Origin: Paraphysomonas bandaiensis | Taxonomy: Eukaryota > Protista > Chrysophyceae | Assembly: GCA_965644295.1 (NCBI GenBank) | Contig: CBFFRP010000149.1 | Coordinates: 195,671 to 259,670, forward strand | DNA length: 64,000 bases | Direction of reading: 5' to 3' | Shown: positions 26,844 through 39,246 of the stretch, piece after piece | How the letters are laid out: each line of letters begins with the position of its first letter | Numbering within the stretch: position 1 is the first letter of the stretch | Notes under the pieces: model-generated | Seen by the model: the letters and a program-made list of their open reading frames with translations, nothing else | Told to the model about the DNA's origin: nothing | Database searches by the model: none | Made by a program: the position numbers and the translations under genes

Positions 26844-27546
26844 CTGTTATTTGCGCGGTGAGATCTTGAAGCATTGCTCTGTAGTATGAGACGGCGTTGC
26901 GAAAAACACATGCAGAAGTAAATATTAATTCTACAACGCTCATGACTTATATACGCTTAAAAATGCTATGCCCTTGTTTTATTGTTACAATCAGTCTTCC
27001 CGTATTATTGGGAATTGGGAAGCTAGCTTAAAATATACAATGCAGTATATAGTATATTATATATTATAGTGTACAGTAGTAGTTAGTTAATATTTTACCC
27101 TTTCTTACATGGTGTTCGTGTCACCCATTCCACGGTACTAATGCACTTCCATTGCGTAATATGTAACATACTATCATACATCAGAAGCAGCAAAATCTCT
27201 TGAGTTAACGTAAACTTATTTCATCCATTGGTAGAAGGGAAGAATAAAGATAATCTGCATTATTATGGACTTATTGTGTCCAATAGAATATTTCATTTGC
27301 AACCATTTTTAAGCTGGATAAGCACTTACGATATATTGTCAAGTTTATTATTTCTCTATCTCTATACGTTCCGTTAATCCGTCAATAAGTTCTCTATTGC
27401 AGCAAAACTCAACAAGCATAGTTACCGACATTAGACACTTCTTAATTAGAGATAATGGGGGTTTCAATATATTAGGCAAAACACAAGACCTCAATATTAG
27501 ATATATATGTATACATTGAACTGGAACTCTCGCGAAACAATCTAAG

Positions 27547-28166
27547 TTAAAATCTTCCGCGTCCCCGTCCACCCCTAATTCCCACTCCCCGGAAAGCACC
27601 ACCGGCCCGTCCTCCTCTTCCACCAGGACCACCTCTTCCACCTCCTCTGCCCCCGCCACGGCCACCAGGAGCTCCTCTTCCACCTCCACGACCACCACCA
27701 CGTCCACCTCCTCTGCCACCGCCACGACCACCACCCGATTTCCCTTCATTTGTAAATCGTGTAATAGGTAGTAGTTTTTCCGTACCAATGAACACTTTAT
27801 CATCCCTTTGGAATGATGATGCCAACACACCACTGTCTGGTTTAATAGTAAAATATACTTTGTTAACAGGTCCAAAAACTTCTTCCACTTTGCCAATTTT
27901 AGATTTATTTTCGAGATATATTCCAGCATTGAAATATGGAATCATAGTGTTGGTTAGTCTGCAAACCATCTCCCCTTCAGCATCATGCAAAAAAACACCC
28001 GCCTCTGATATAGATATATATTATAAATGTATATAGAATGATGTGTATAGTTACCGCATATTTCAGCTGGAGGACCTTCCTCGAATGACCCTCTGCCTCC
28101 TCCTCTACCACGTCCACCACCACGACCTGGTCCACCACCTCTTCCTCTACCACCTCTGAAACTCAT
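27547..28166 (-). CDS. GAR1: H/ACA snoRNP subunit GAR1, 2 exons
   Basis: RGG boxes flank EGPPAEIC|[44 protein letters not shown]. Confidence 0.96.
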
Positions 28167-28370
28167 AGTATATATAGTGGGTATAATGTGTTGTATTGAG
28201 TGGTAGTGGTGGTATATATATGCATGTATATATGACCAATTACATGCATGTCATTCTTATATATGCATACATACATACCCCTCTCTTCGTGGCCAATAAA
28301 AGGTTGCAGCCCTACCGCCATATATACACCATAATACAATACACGAAGTGCTGGTGCTATTGTACGTACG

Positions 28371-28647
28371 TACATACATACATACAAACATACATACATA
28401 CATACATACATACATACATACATACATACATACATACATACATACATACATACATACATACATACATACATACATACATACATACATACATACATACATA
28501 CATACATACATACATACATACATACATACATACATACATACATACATACATACATACATACATACATACATACATACATACATACATACATACATACATA
28601 CATACATACATACATACATACATACATACATACATACATACATACAT
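28371..28647. repeat. (TACA)n microsatellite between the divergent GAR1 and sulfotransferase genes
   Basis: Near-pure tandem array, preceded by gtacgtacg. Confidence 0.99.
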
Positions 28648-28799
28648 GGTATACAGTGTATATCTGGATCTATTAACGGCAAGTGTATATATATGAACTC
28701 ATCTCACTAACAAAACAATTCAAAACCAAACAATCACAGCAACATTACCGCACACCATTTAGGTTGTGCATTCTATCAATCCCTATACACTCAAATACA

Positions 28800-31068
28800 A
28801 TGAAAGCTAAAACATGCGTATCTTGTATGGTATATGGCTTATTAGTTCTGCTCTACACGTCGATTGCTTATTATTATTACGTGGAATCAGAAAAAACTTA
28901 TAAACGTGAAGAAAATCAATTAAAAGAAAAGATTTTAAAACTTCGTGAAGAATATAACGAATTAGAGTTATTATCTAATCAAATTAAAGAAAATTCTAAG
29001 AATATTAGTAAACATTTAGTAGAAAAGATATTACAGAAATCTCATACAGTGCATGATACACCTCATGATGCATTGAGACAGACTCATGGTGCATTGAGAC
29101 AGACTCAGGATGAATTGAAACAGACTCAGAATACAGGAAATGTAATGCCAGTAGTGAATGTACCACCATGTGAGTGTGAAGAGATTGTTTTGTTACTGTA
29201 TTGAGTTTTGTAGTAGCAGCGACGAGGACAATGAAGCCGTTTACTGGGGAGCCCTCTGTGCTAGTGGTGGGCGGGACGGATGGATCGGGTACTCGTAGAG
29301 TGGTCCAGGTGCTAACTAGTCTTGGTACACGCATTGTCAGCGAAGACCCTGAGACGTATGACATACATGCTGATCTAGTCGGTGGGTGGCCTGCAGTAGT
29401 AACCCCTGTTCTGGAGGTGCGCTCTGCAGTCGCCCTTTTTTGTGTGTAATTTGCGTCATTATATTCAAGGCAAGTGGTAGTATTACCTATTCGCCCGGCG
29501 ACCTTCCTAGTCCTCTCAAGAAATCCACAGAGTCATCACTACGCCGACTGCTAGCTCGAGCTGAAGAGGATTCCCATAAACCTACGTCGAATAAGCTTGC
29601 CGTTGGAGGGGCTCTGCCAATTGCCCCTGGCACTCAAGCACACAGGGTTAAGTTCGGATTCAAGGCACCAGTCGCTATGACTTTACTGCCATGGTGGGCC
29701 GAACTGAATCCACACTTTATGTTTCTGCATGTCCTTAGGGATGGTCGCGACATTGCTTTTTCTGCTAATCAGGTGGACTATGTTTAGCACGCAGTATCTT
29801 GGGTTGTTGTAACGCAATTGGGCTACTTTTTCCTGTTTGTAGGGCCCTGTGGATAAATTTTATGGTGCAATGTATCGGAAAACCCCTCACCTGAACACTA
29901 GAGAGAAGACAGTGAAGGCTATTCGCTTATGGGGTGACTGGAATAATGGTATTCGTAAGTGGGCAGAAGGTAAATTACAATCTCAAAGGGAAGGAGAAAG
30001 CACATCAAGGTCATTTGGTTACCATGCTGTGCACATTGAAGATTTGGTGGATGAGTCTAAGGATGTAAGATTCATGGCAATCAAGAAATTAGCAGACTTT
30101 GTAGGGTCAGGTGTGTTGATGAAATTATTATGATGTATGATATCAGTGTATCGCTCATGATGTGTTTAGTGGTTGTAGCTGTCATACTGTGTTACATGTA
30201 TAATTATGGTGATACCTTTCCACGTTATTCTTAGATCTTGACGACGAAGCTATTTGCTGCCTCGCTGTAGAAGGATCGAACTTTATGGGGTCCCATGATA
30301 GGGTGGGATATTCTGCGAATTTTATTTTGTAATGTCTCTTACATTGCTTCAGAAAGGGAAAGCTGGAGTTGGCGGAGAAGCGCAGTTAAAGGGCAGATAT
30401 GGAAAGTGGAAGCAGAAAGTAATATGTCCGCGCTTTAAAGTTGTAGTTTCCTTATTCTGAGTGCAGTTAGCAAAAAATCCAAGATTAGAAGAGGAGTTGA
30501 TGAAAGCAGGAGGAGATGCGCTTAAAGAACTCGGGTACATGAATCATCAATCCACCCCTTTATTTGATTTGCGGAGGTATGGGTCCGACATCAGCTTATA
30601 AGATACCTCATTCGTTTTCTAGCAATCAATATAGGTGTAGCCTGAGTACATTCCAATGCAATGCGAGGAAGAACGGAGATCCTCACTGGAAAGATGCAAC
30701 AGCACCTTCAATAGCGCATATTGTTTCTGATAAGTGTTCTGTGCGGCAAGGGGTGGATTACAGAGGAGGTAATCGAGATAAGAATGCTCCTCGCCTTATA
30801 CTATTTCTTATTTCTGTAACCATTTTAAGGGGATCTCTCGATGTCGGATCATTCGTCGCTTGATCAATGTTGCAGGTAGGTCAACAGTCATTTTTGTGTT
30901 TACTCATAATTTTATTTTCGTTGGTGTAGTTCGTGTGCTTCGAATTTTAATTGTCGTCATTTCACATACGATCCATCCAACGAAGTATGTTATCTTAAAT
31001 CTTCTAAAGGGCGAGTTCTAGAAGATTTAACAACAACGCATCTCATTAGTGGTGATGTAAACAAATAG
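28800..31068 (+). CDS. Type II membrane sulfotransferase-family protein with coiled-coil stem and C-terminal PAN/apple-like domain, about 10 exons
   Basis: N-terminal TM; heptad repeats (ALRQTHG/ALRQTQD/ELKQTQN); VVGGTDGSGTR (5'-PSB-like), GFKAP, HVLRDGRDIAFS (3'-PB-like), HIEDLV, YGKWK. C-terminus CSVRQGVDYRGGDL...DQCCSSCASNFNCRHFTYDPSNEVCYLKS...LISG. Confidence 0.78.
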
Positions 31069-31372
31069 AGTGTTTCATAGGGTAGATAATATCGCTGTCA
31101 GAGCGTGATGTATTTAATATTTACTGCTTTTATTTCGTACTTAATGCAGTTTGGTTGAGATAGCTACTACTGGGTAGACACTGTTTTTCTGTATGGTATT
31201 TCGCCAAGTACTATGATTAAAATAAATCTATAAAGAGTGAATATAGGAAGAATAGTTGTTCAATTCATAAAATTATTCGTTAGTTCACGATAAAGAAGGT
31301 CATTTTAAAGCACTCCAATGTAGAAAATGTTGATACATATGCCCATCATTTCGTGTATGAAGAATAGACGGT

Positions 31373-32857
31373 TTACGTTTTACTCCTAAATTGAATAGAG
31401 CTAGAAATAAAATACATAGCCCATCCTAAATGTGCAATCCCAACTGATTCAATTGCCAAAGCCGTATTGACAACAATAGAGGCCCCAGGTAAATTCAAGA
31501 AACACCACGGATGAAGTTTGGCGAATATCTGAGAAGGAAGTTGTACTGTGTTCAGTATGAATATCACACCAGCAAATCCAGGTTTTACTAAACAGCGCAA
31601 AATAATTTCAGGAATTGGTAATACGTGGGAAGAACTCCGGAAACTAGACGCAGAAGCCGCTGCAAACATCGCCAGGACGACAAGAAATTGTCGACCAATA
31701 AGAAAGTTTTTCACTTGGCTGGACTTGCTTTGTAACAGCGCATGTAATGCGTAACTTCGCTTCATGTGAATCGGAACAGATAATAAGTTAGAGTGCTGGG
31801 TAGATAAGACTGCAATCTGCAGTCCTTCAAGGTAAAATATTGCCACCATCGACAGTAAGAGTAGAAGTAGTCGATCCAGTTCAACGAATTTGCGGGTACG
31901 GTTAAATACATTGCCAAGTGTGATCAATCCGCACACCACACACAACGTTACAGAAATAATTTTTATAACCATATCCCCGACTGAGGAACAATTTATTCTG
32001 ACTTGTGAACAGCCATCAATTGTTGTCAATCTATTACGTGCTGACGAAAAGTAAGTATCGACAGCAAGAGACGGGAGAGCATCGTAACCCGTTCTTGCTC
32101 TTGCAGTCGCTTGTACAAGGTGAGAATCTTCGGGTTCCTCATAGTCACGAGGTGGATATATGGGATTATTCTCCAATACTCCAGATATAGGAATTAATTC
32201 CTGTTGGCCAAGACGTAGATTACTTTGTATTAATGGTGGCGAGTCCGTGAGCCTAGAAAGCTGATGTGCAATCACAAAGGAACATGACGTAAAAACACCC
32301 AACGACTCCACAAGAAGGGCTACTCGTACAAATATATAACAGCAAAAACTATCCAGAAAACGTACAGTATACTCGTCCCCTATCAACTGAGGGTACATCT
32401 GTCCAAATATTAGTGTAATCAAAGCTCCAGGCAACCCGGATGATATGAATAGCGATTGAGGTAGTCGAGGTAGGAGATCAGGCATTGTAGGAAAAGTGGT
32501 AAGTAGTGAAATGAAAAAGACCAAGGCAAGTACACAGAGTTGACGACCTGTAAGATATCTTTCGAGCCCATTACTTGAGCTCGTTAGCATATATATATCA
32601 AATGTCCGCGGTTGACTCAAAGAAAATTTAACGGCTTGATGCACAGATAGAGAATTTAGATTAACTAAAGCTACTTGGCCCGATTCAAAATATCCTAGTA
32701 CACTTAACGATACCACTATAAGGCCAAATATTATAGGACTGGGTAGATGTATTTGACAATAGTTGTGAGTGATTGCATAAGCTACTAGTAGCACCGCAGT
32801 AGAGACTAAAAGCAGTGATAGAGTCCCTTTAGCAATAGAGAGCACTGAAGTTGTCAT
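31373..32857 (-). CDS. SIT: Silicon transporter (SIT family), intronless, two-repeat architecture
   Basis: Paired motifs ESGQVA / LTGRQL / FGQMYPQL and EGLQIA / LIGRQF / VQLPSQI; about 10 TM segments; duplicated halves ending ALLVESLGV and ALAIESVGI. Confidence 0.9.
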   Translation of the reverse strand: MTTSVLSIAKGTLSLLLVSTAVLLVAYAITHNYCQIHLPSPIIFGLIVVSLSVLGYFESGQVALVNLNSLSVHQAVKFSLSQPRTFDIYMLTSSSNGLERYLTGRQLCVLALVFFISLLTTFPTMPDLLPRLPQSLFISSGLPGALITLIFGQMYPQLIGDEYTVRFLDSFCCYIFVRVALLVESLGVFTSCSFVIAHQLSRLTDSPPLIQSNLRLGQQELIPISGVLENNPIYPPRDYEEPEDSHLVQATARARTGYDALPSLAVDTYFSSARNRLTTIDGCSQVRINCSSVGDMVIKIISVTLCVVCGLITLGNVFNRTRKFVELDRLLLLLLSMVAIFYLEGLQIAVLSTQHSNLLSVPIHMKRSYALHALLQSKSSQVKNFLIGRQFLVVLAMFAAASASSFRSSSHVLPIPEIILRCLVKPGFAGVIFILNTVQLPSQIFAKLHPWCFLNLPGASIVVNTALAIESVGIAHLGWAMYFISSSIQFRSKT

Positions 32858-33041
32858 TAGTAAAGTGAGTAGAGGTGAAGTCAGTGAATATTGTTATATG
32901 AGTTGTGCTGTGAGGAGGTGTAACAGTGAGTAAAGGGTCAATAGACAGCACAGTAAACACTGTCATCCATAACCCTATACAGACAAACGCTACATAACAC
33001 TATATATAACACTCTATATATACTAACACAACACTATACAC

Positions 33042-33085
33042 ACATACATACATACATACATACATACATACATACATACATACAC

Positions 33086-33118
<33 letters not shown>

Positions 33119-33128
33119 CATACACACA

Positions 33129-33160
<32 letters not shown>
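33042..33160. repeat. Imperfect (TACA)n microsatellite upstream of SIT
   Basis: Tandem catacata with a few substitutions. Confidence 0.97.
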
Positions 33161-33162
<2 letters not shown>

Positions 33163-33869
33163 CACTCATAACACTATACACACATACATAACACTATGCA
33201 GCACAGTATAGTTAATTATAGTGACAACTATAGAGTCCCAGATGACTCAATATAAGGGATGGATGAGGCGAGTGTGGCTGGGTAAGTTGTGCTTGTAGAG
33301 GAGTGGAGATATTAATAAGATGCATATGTATGTATAGGTACATGGAGTGTACACTAATAATGTACAGGTATATGACGAGCACTGTACCTGACGACAGTAG
33401 ACCATATGTATACATGTACAGATATATGATACTATAGCTACGAGTACAGTAGTAGATAGCCAACCACATGTACCTAACGACAGTAGACCATATGTAGATA
33501 TGTACAGATATATGTACGTAGCTGGGTACAGCATGAAACACGGCATAATTTTTCAGTTTAGCTCTGTAGGATACGGTCTAGAATGTACACGGAAATATGC
33601 ATCACAACAGTATCAAGACTGTTGTGGTGCATCATAATATCTTGTCCCGAATAATTCCTGTTGTCTCTGTCAAGAGACTTTTGACTCCCTGTAGTGTAGA
33701 CCTATAAAGAACAACGGGAGTATCGGATCCGTGTGTCATTTTCAGCCTGTAGTGCAGATAACCGTAGTGTAATCCATACATTTTTCTCTTCGTGACAAGA
33801 TATCATTAGAATGAGATCCAACAAGAAGTTCCAAAAGCGATTTAAACATAGGGCTAGGGCTCCAGCAAG

Positions 33870-34210
33870 CAATAGTGAGTCAATGTCAGTAACTTAGCAA
33901 CATTCAAGGAGAAGCTGGTGGTCGAGGCAATGCAGAAATATGGAGACTTGGCGAGATTAGTAGAATTGGACAAGTACTATGAACCCCGCAGAGTACGATC
34001 TAGAGAATGACCCCCACGGATTTAACGCTGAAGATATGAAGGACGCAAGGAAGGCAAGGGCAAAACTGATTAACAAGATTCATCTATAATCGTCTGAGCA
34101 ACGAATCAATTGATGCTATAAAGCTTACGGCGGAATATGACAAAATCAATACCACCAAGGATCCCCTAATGCTATGGCTAGCAATAAAGGAGACTCATAA
34201 GACGGCCTCT
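33870..34210 (+). pseudogene. Probable LTR-retrotransposon gag remnant
   Basis: SNLATFKEKLVVEAMQKYGDLARLVELDKYYEP and LSNESIDAIK...KDPLMLWLAIKETHK; the DPLxLW motif resembles Copia-type gag; frameshifted. Confidence 0.5.
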
Positions 34211-35271
34211 AGCTACAAATGTACTAAACTGAAAAATACAACTGTTGGGAAAGACAAAAATAGCAATGCACGTTAACTCTTGTCACCCGTGTTTCCTCGT
34301 ACCGACGCATTATTTGGCTCTTCGACACTCTACCGTACAAGAGCAAAGGTGTACAAGTACGAGATATGGACTTCCATTGGCGCACAGGAACAGTACGACA
34401 GGTGTATAGGTACATATATGGATCCAAGAAAGATCTCCACTGCTTTCAACGCCTCATTAAATATATTAATATATATTTTTATCCTTATCACATGAATTGA
34501 TTCATCTGTAACTTGTTTTTCCATAGCTTTCACCTAGTGAGTATCCAGCACCATTAAGACTTATCTCACACAATAGAAATACGATAGTAAGAATAATATG
34601 ATTGCACATGCAGATATACTGATACATACATGGTGAATTACTTATAGAGGATCAGAGAAGTAAAGAACTTTATATTATTACTAAGGAGTGCAACGAGTGT
34701 TATTCTACCTTGTAATTTTGCTATCATCACTTGGTGGATTGGTATGGCAATGGTATCTTATACCATTTAGACCACACTTATGCACCAGGAATAATACAGC
34801 AGAAATTATTTTAGTAAGTAGCATTCAGGTTCATGATTTGGTTTTCTTGACCCTTTCCTGAGCGCTTCTTTTAATAATACTTCTATGGTATATGGTAGTA
34901 ATTCTTTGATTATTATAGCTATTGTTAAACGATATAATAGTAGCATTCTTTTTTATTAACTTTTGACATTGTGGATGGCTATAGCATATAGACGCCAATG
35001 CGCATCTACGTTTACAATGTACGTACCAATATACTGTATACGTTAATATATACCTCTATATCGTATTGCCAGGACAGCTGCTGGAAATATACTTGATCAT
35101 TGGTAATATCCCACATAGAAACGAAGCAAGGTAAAATACTTAATGGCTCAGAACTTATTTATTTCAAAATTAATTACAAGCGCCACACTTAATCCTAGAA
35201 TATTATCAAATATAAATGACTTATCAGGAAGCCTTTTGCGTTATAACTATCCAGAGAATGCTTACAACAGG

Positions 35272-35613
35272 TTAATTTTCCGCATACTGAGTAATATTCT
35301 GCTGATGCTGTAACTCTGTAAATAACACAATACATATAAGGGAAATAACAGCATAAGTATATATATAAAACTTACTGTTGTAATTTAATAATTTCTGAAT
35401 CAAGTCCACATGTGTGAGAATCATACGACGACAGCAGTATCTACGAAGACCCAACTCATCCAGTGCTTCCCTTTCACTATAATCTGCACGTAGTAATCCC
35501 ATATATGTCTCCCATTTGTTTCCAACAACCTGAAAGGGTTTAGAATTAAATCTACTAATAATTATATTCAACTGTACCTTCCCACAAGTAAAGCAACGTA
35601 CAGGAATAATCAT
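35272..35613 (-). CDS. RPB10: RNA polymerase I/II/III subunit RPB10 (RPABC5), 3 exons
   Basis: [12 protein letters not shown]|VVGNKWETY...[30 protein letters not shown]. Confidence 0.98.
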   Translation of the reverse strand: MIIPVRCFTCGKVQLNIIISRFNSKPFQVVGNKWETYMGLLRADYSEREALDELGLRRYCCRRMILTHVDLIQKLLNYNSKFYIYTYAVISLICIVLFTELQHQQNITQYAEN

Positions 35614-36065
35614 TATAAAATAAAAGTAGTTGATATATATAAGTGTGATTTAATTTAATGGTTCTATAGCACACTGCTTGGACTCTATATGTATGGACTA
35701 TACTGATATATGGGATAGTGTATGTATATAGTGACACATACATATGAACACATACACAGCCATACTATGTATACCTTTGTACATAGGTATGATGCATATG
35801 GTGTACATACATCTCACGTATATGATCATATGAATGACTGGTATACAGAGACTGGAATGGAGAGGGGTTTTACACCACTAAATACATCTATAAACCCCAT
35901 AAATTCTAATTTCCACACATGATATTATATAAAAACTCTAATATTTAGTAAGGTAATATTTATTTTATAGGCTTTTGATGGATATAAAGTACATACACTG
36001 CATGTCCAGAGGAACTCATATATAACTCACCTTAAAGTTCCATATTCAAACTATATAACTATAAA

Positions 36066-37626
36066 ATGAGTAGACTTTATATATCAGCAGCAAAAATATT
36101 AACAGCAATAGATTCTGGACAATCATTAAAACAATACTGTGCAAAAACTACAGTCGGTAAAGAGGAGTATGCTATTGTCTGTGAAACATTAAAGTATAGT
36201 CATGTTATACATACAATACTTAATAGAAGTGGTATTAATTCCAATTTATTAGATGTTAATGATAGTTTATTTAAAATTATGGTATATGAAATATTGTTTG
36301 GTAAAGGAAAAATTAAAAGTGGTGGTGTTGTAAAGCGTCGTGTCATGGAGCATATTGATAAGCTGAAGTTAGCATTATCTGAGGAACTTGTTGAGAATAA
36401 TACAACTGATTTTAAACAACTCTTATCACAAGATGTTATTATGGCATTTACAATGTCAAAATATGTAAGAGTGAATGAAATTAAATGCAATATACAATCA
36501 GGTTATACGGAATTAGCGGATGTGTATAGTCAAGCTGAGTTGGATAATCATATCCCATCTCTTGTCGTGCTACCATCGACGTGCACTGGCGTGAACGCTC
36601 AACCAGGAGTAGCAGAGAGCCGGTTAATTATTCAGGACAAGGCGAGTTGCTTTCCATCGCAGATCCTTTTCGACGAGTGGTTAGAAAAAGGTGGACAAGG
36701 GGACATGGTAGATGCCTGTGCGGCTCCTGGCAACAAGACCTCTCATCTATCTGCGTGTGTGTACGACAGGTCTCGAGAAGACTTTCGCTGTCGTGTGTTT
36801 GCGTTTGATCGCAGCCCCACTCGTGCTTCTTTGCTACAGTCGCGGCTTAGTTCTGCGGGAGCCAGAAATGTAGTAGTTACTGAGGCTGACTTTCTTGAGG
36901 TTGATGTCACGGACAGTCGTTACAGTGATGTGCGTGCCCTGTTGGCGGACCCTTCATGCTCTGGATCTGGAGTGGTCCGCTCACTCGAGAGGGTCATTGA
37001 GAGGGAAGGAGCTGGAAAAACTCAAGCAGACGATTTAAACAGACGTCTCGAGAATCTTAGGAAGTTTCAGATTGCTGCTGTTACTAAGTGCATGACGTTT
37101 CCTGCTGCAGAGTGTGTGGTGTACTCGACTTGTTCTATTCACCAGGTGAGCTTTCATTATCACAAAAATAATTTGTGCAGTTAGTACTTCTCAATCAGCT
37201 TGCATGAGCATTACTCTGGCAGTGTTGTTGGATTTTTTATATATGATCAATGCTGAGGCTACTTTTTTGCAGGAGGAGAATGAATGTGTTGTTGCTGAAA
37301 TTCTACGGTTGCATCCAGAGTGGGATGTAAAGGCACCCCCACGACTGTCATCTTGGCACCGGCGGGGTATAACTACCGACGGCCTTACAGATTCTCAGGC
37401 TTCCTGTCTGATACGATGCATGCCTGAGGATGGTATGAATGGTTTTTTCGTTGCCCTTTTTGTAAAACGAATTCCAGTAAAGGAGAATGAAGATGTAGAA
37501 TACACGATAGGTAATTGTGATAGAAGTACTACGAATGGTACGGTTTGTAATACTTGTCAAACTTGGGAGACTAAAAGGAAAAAGTCCTCACTGTGGAAGC
37601 CATTATCTAAAAGGTTAATGATTTAG
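36066..37626 (+). CDS. NSUN5: 25S/28S rRNA m5C methyltransferase NSUN5/Rcm1, 2 exons
   Basis: YVRVN, IIQDKASCFP, DACAAPGNKTSH, DPSCSGSG, VVYSTCSIHQ|EENECVV, MNGFFVALF. Confidence 0.93.
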
Positions 37627-37734
37627 GTTTAACTATGACAACATTTTCTTTTCTTAATATCATTTTAGCGAGTTTTTGACGCAGCTTGTTAAACATAATT
37701 TCTTATGAGACATAATGTCATTACAGTATTATGG

Positions 37735-37930
37735 ACTAGCACCTTTTCGTGGTATTATGGAGGATATTTCTCCAGGGAACTAACGTGAGCCACATATATA
37801 GTCAGCCAAATGCTTGTATAGTACAAGGATACTAAGATATGTGTGACTTGTGTAGACGAAAGTGGTTGCGGTGACACACAAGCAGCTTTCGTTGTGTTAA
37901 AGAGTAGGATATCAGAGTTAAGCACTGAAT
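37735..37930. repeat. LTR-like family 2 fragment
   Basis: Matches 19088-19440 with internal deletions. Confidence 0.65.
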
Positions 37931-38376
37931 TAAAATAAGTCATTCACTTTCACTCATGATACGTACGATGTCATTCTGATAATTAGAGAACAAATTACTA
38001 TATGCACAACAAACACTGTATCCTCATCAAGGTATACAAGGCTTTATCAGTGAACAATAACATATTACTTTCTATTTTTCTATAATTTCGTTCTTCAAAT
38101 TCCACTTTTTTCTCAATAATTCTGGGATTTTATCTTCCTCCTGCATACGTATAACGGCAGTCTCACTGGTCTTTAAGTAATTACTTCTGTCAGTTAACTG
38201 CTTCAAATTGATCAAACTTCGGAAGATGTTTCCAATCTGATATCACTCGCTACCACATCATGTTTTGACATGCTTGGATAGTTTAAAATTTAATTAACTG
38301 AACGTGATGTACACTCAATGCTTAAATTATAAATTACGATCAATAATGATCACTAGTCATACTGGCTATATACATA

Positions 38377-39246
38377 TTACCACTTATCCGATATCCATAT
38401 ATCTCCTTTTTTCAAATACGTGAGCATTGAAGGAGTAGATTTGTAGTGCAAAAATACTAAACTATCATAGATAGCTATTGACTCAATGTGACTGGAGAAA
38501 GGGTCCATCCACTTCTCCCTGCGCATCATATTTCCATTTCGCTCTTTAAAGTACGACACCATGTTCCGTGCAATATCTGCGATGTGTGCGTAAGCATCCT
38601 TTCCTTCCACTACCATACCGTCGACACCAGGCCACATGGACATAGAGTGCATGTCTTCTATGGCATACACACCATCCTCAGTAAGACACCCCCACAGAGA
38701 GCGTAGCGAGGTTACAATCATTCTTGTAGTATGACCCCCATCGTCAACAATAAAATCAAAAGGTCCATATTTTAGACAGATATTCATTAAAAATGTCGAA
38801 TCTTCCTGACTGCCAATTTCAATATGAATATTTTCACTTTCCACTTGTTTACAATTAGGGTTGATGTCAATTCCAACATATCGCGTATGTTTCCCAAAAT
38901 ATCGTCTCCATACACGTGATGAACCACCACTTTGTACACCCAATTCAAGTATTTTCACAGCCTTATTATCTTTAATCGACCTCTCACGTATATGACTTAT
39001 ATGTGTATCATATTGACGTGCATATTGATGCCAATGTTGTAAACCATAATTATCATTATAATTATCATAAATATATTCTAATGATTCTAATGGTTGTGTT
39101 ATAGGAGATGTATGTGTGGTAGATAGTGTGGTAGAGAGTGTGGTGTGATGCATTAAGAGTATAGTGATTGTAAGCATCAGTATTATACATAATATACGGA
39201 GAATGAGTACCTCTCGACAGAGGGATGATGGTTTAAGGAATGACAT
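38377..39246 (-). CDS. Class I SAM-dependent methyltransferase (sugar O-methyltransferase-like) with N-terminal TM anchor
   Basis: KILELGVQSGGS, YVGIDINP, IEIGSQED, GPFDFIVDDGGH, GVYAIEDM; intronless; TM followed by a Thr-rich stem. Confidence 0.85.
   Translation of the reverse strand: MSFLKPSSLCREVLILRILCIILMLTITILLMHHTTLSTTLSTTHTSPITQPLESLEYIYDNYNDNYGLQHWHQYARQYDTHISHIRERSIKDNKAVKILELGVQSGGSSRVWRRYFGKHTRYVGIDINPNCKQVESENIHIEIGSQEDSTFLMNICLKYGPFDFIVDDGGHTTRMIVTSLRSLWGCLTEDGVYAIEDMHSMSMWPGVDGMVVEGKDAYAHIADIARNMVSYFKERNGNMMRREKWMDPFSSHIESIAIYDSLVFLHYKSTPSMLTYLKKGDIWISDKW

Noticed and set aside
27348-27929. 193-aa ORF overlapping GAR1
   Set aside because: Alternative frame of the RGG-coding sequence.
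30840-30865. Apparent in-frame TGA suggesting selenocysteine or readthrough
   Set aside because: The spliced frame reads SLDQCC, so the TGA is out of frame. No evidence of recoding elsewhere.
33380-33520. Short local duplications here and at 40481/40641
   Set aside because: Two diverged copies each in low-complexity intergenic DNA with no further structure.
28800-39246. SIT, sulfotransferase and methyltransferase as a biosilicification gene cluster
   Set aside because: They are interspersed with housekeeping genes (RPB10, NSUN5); adjacency alone is insufficient without co-expression or synteny.
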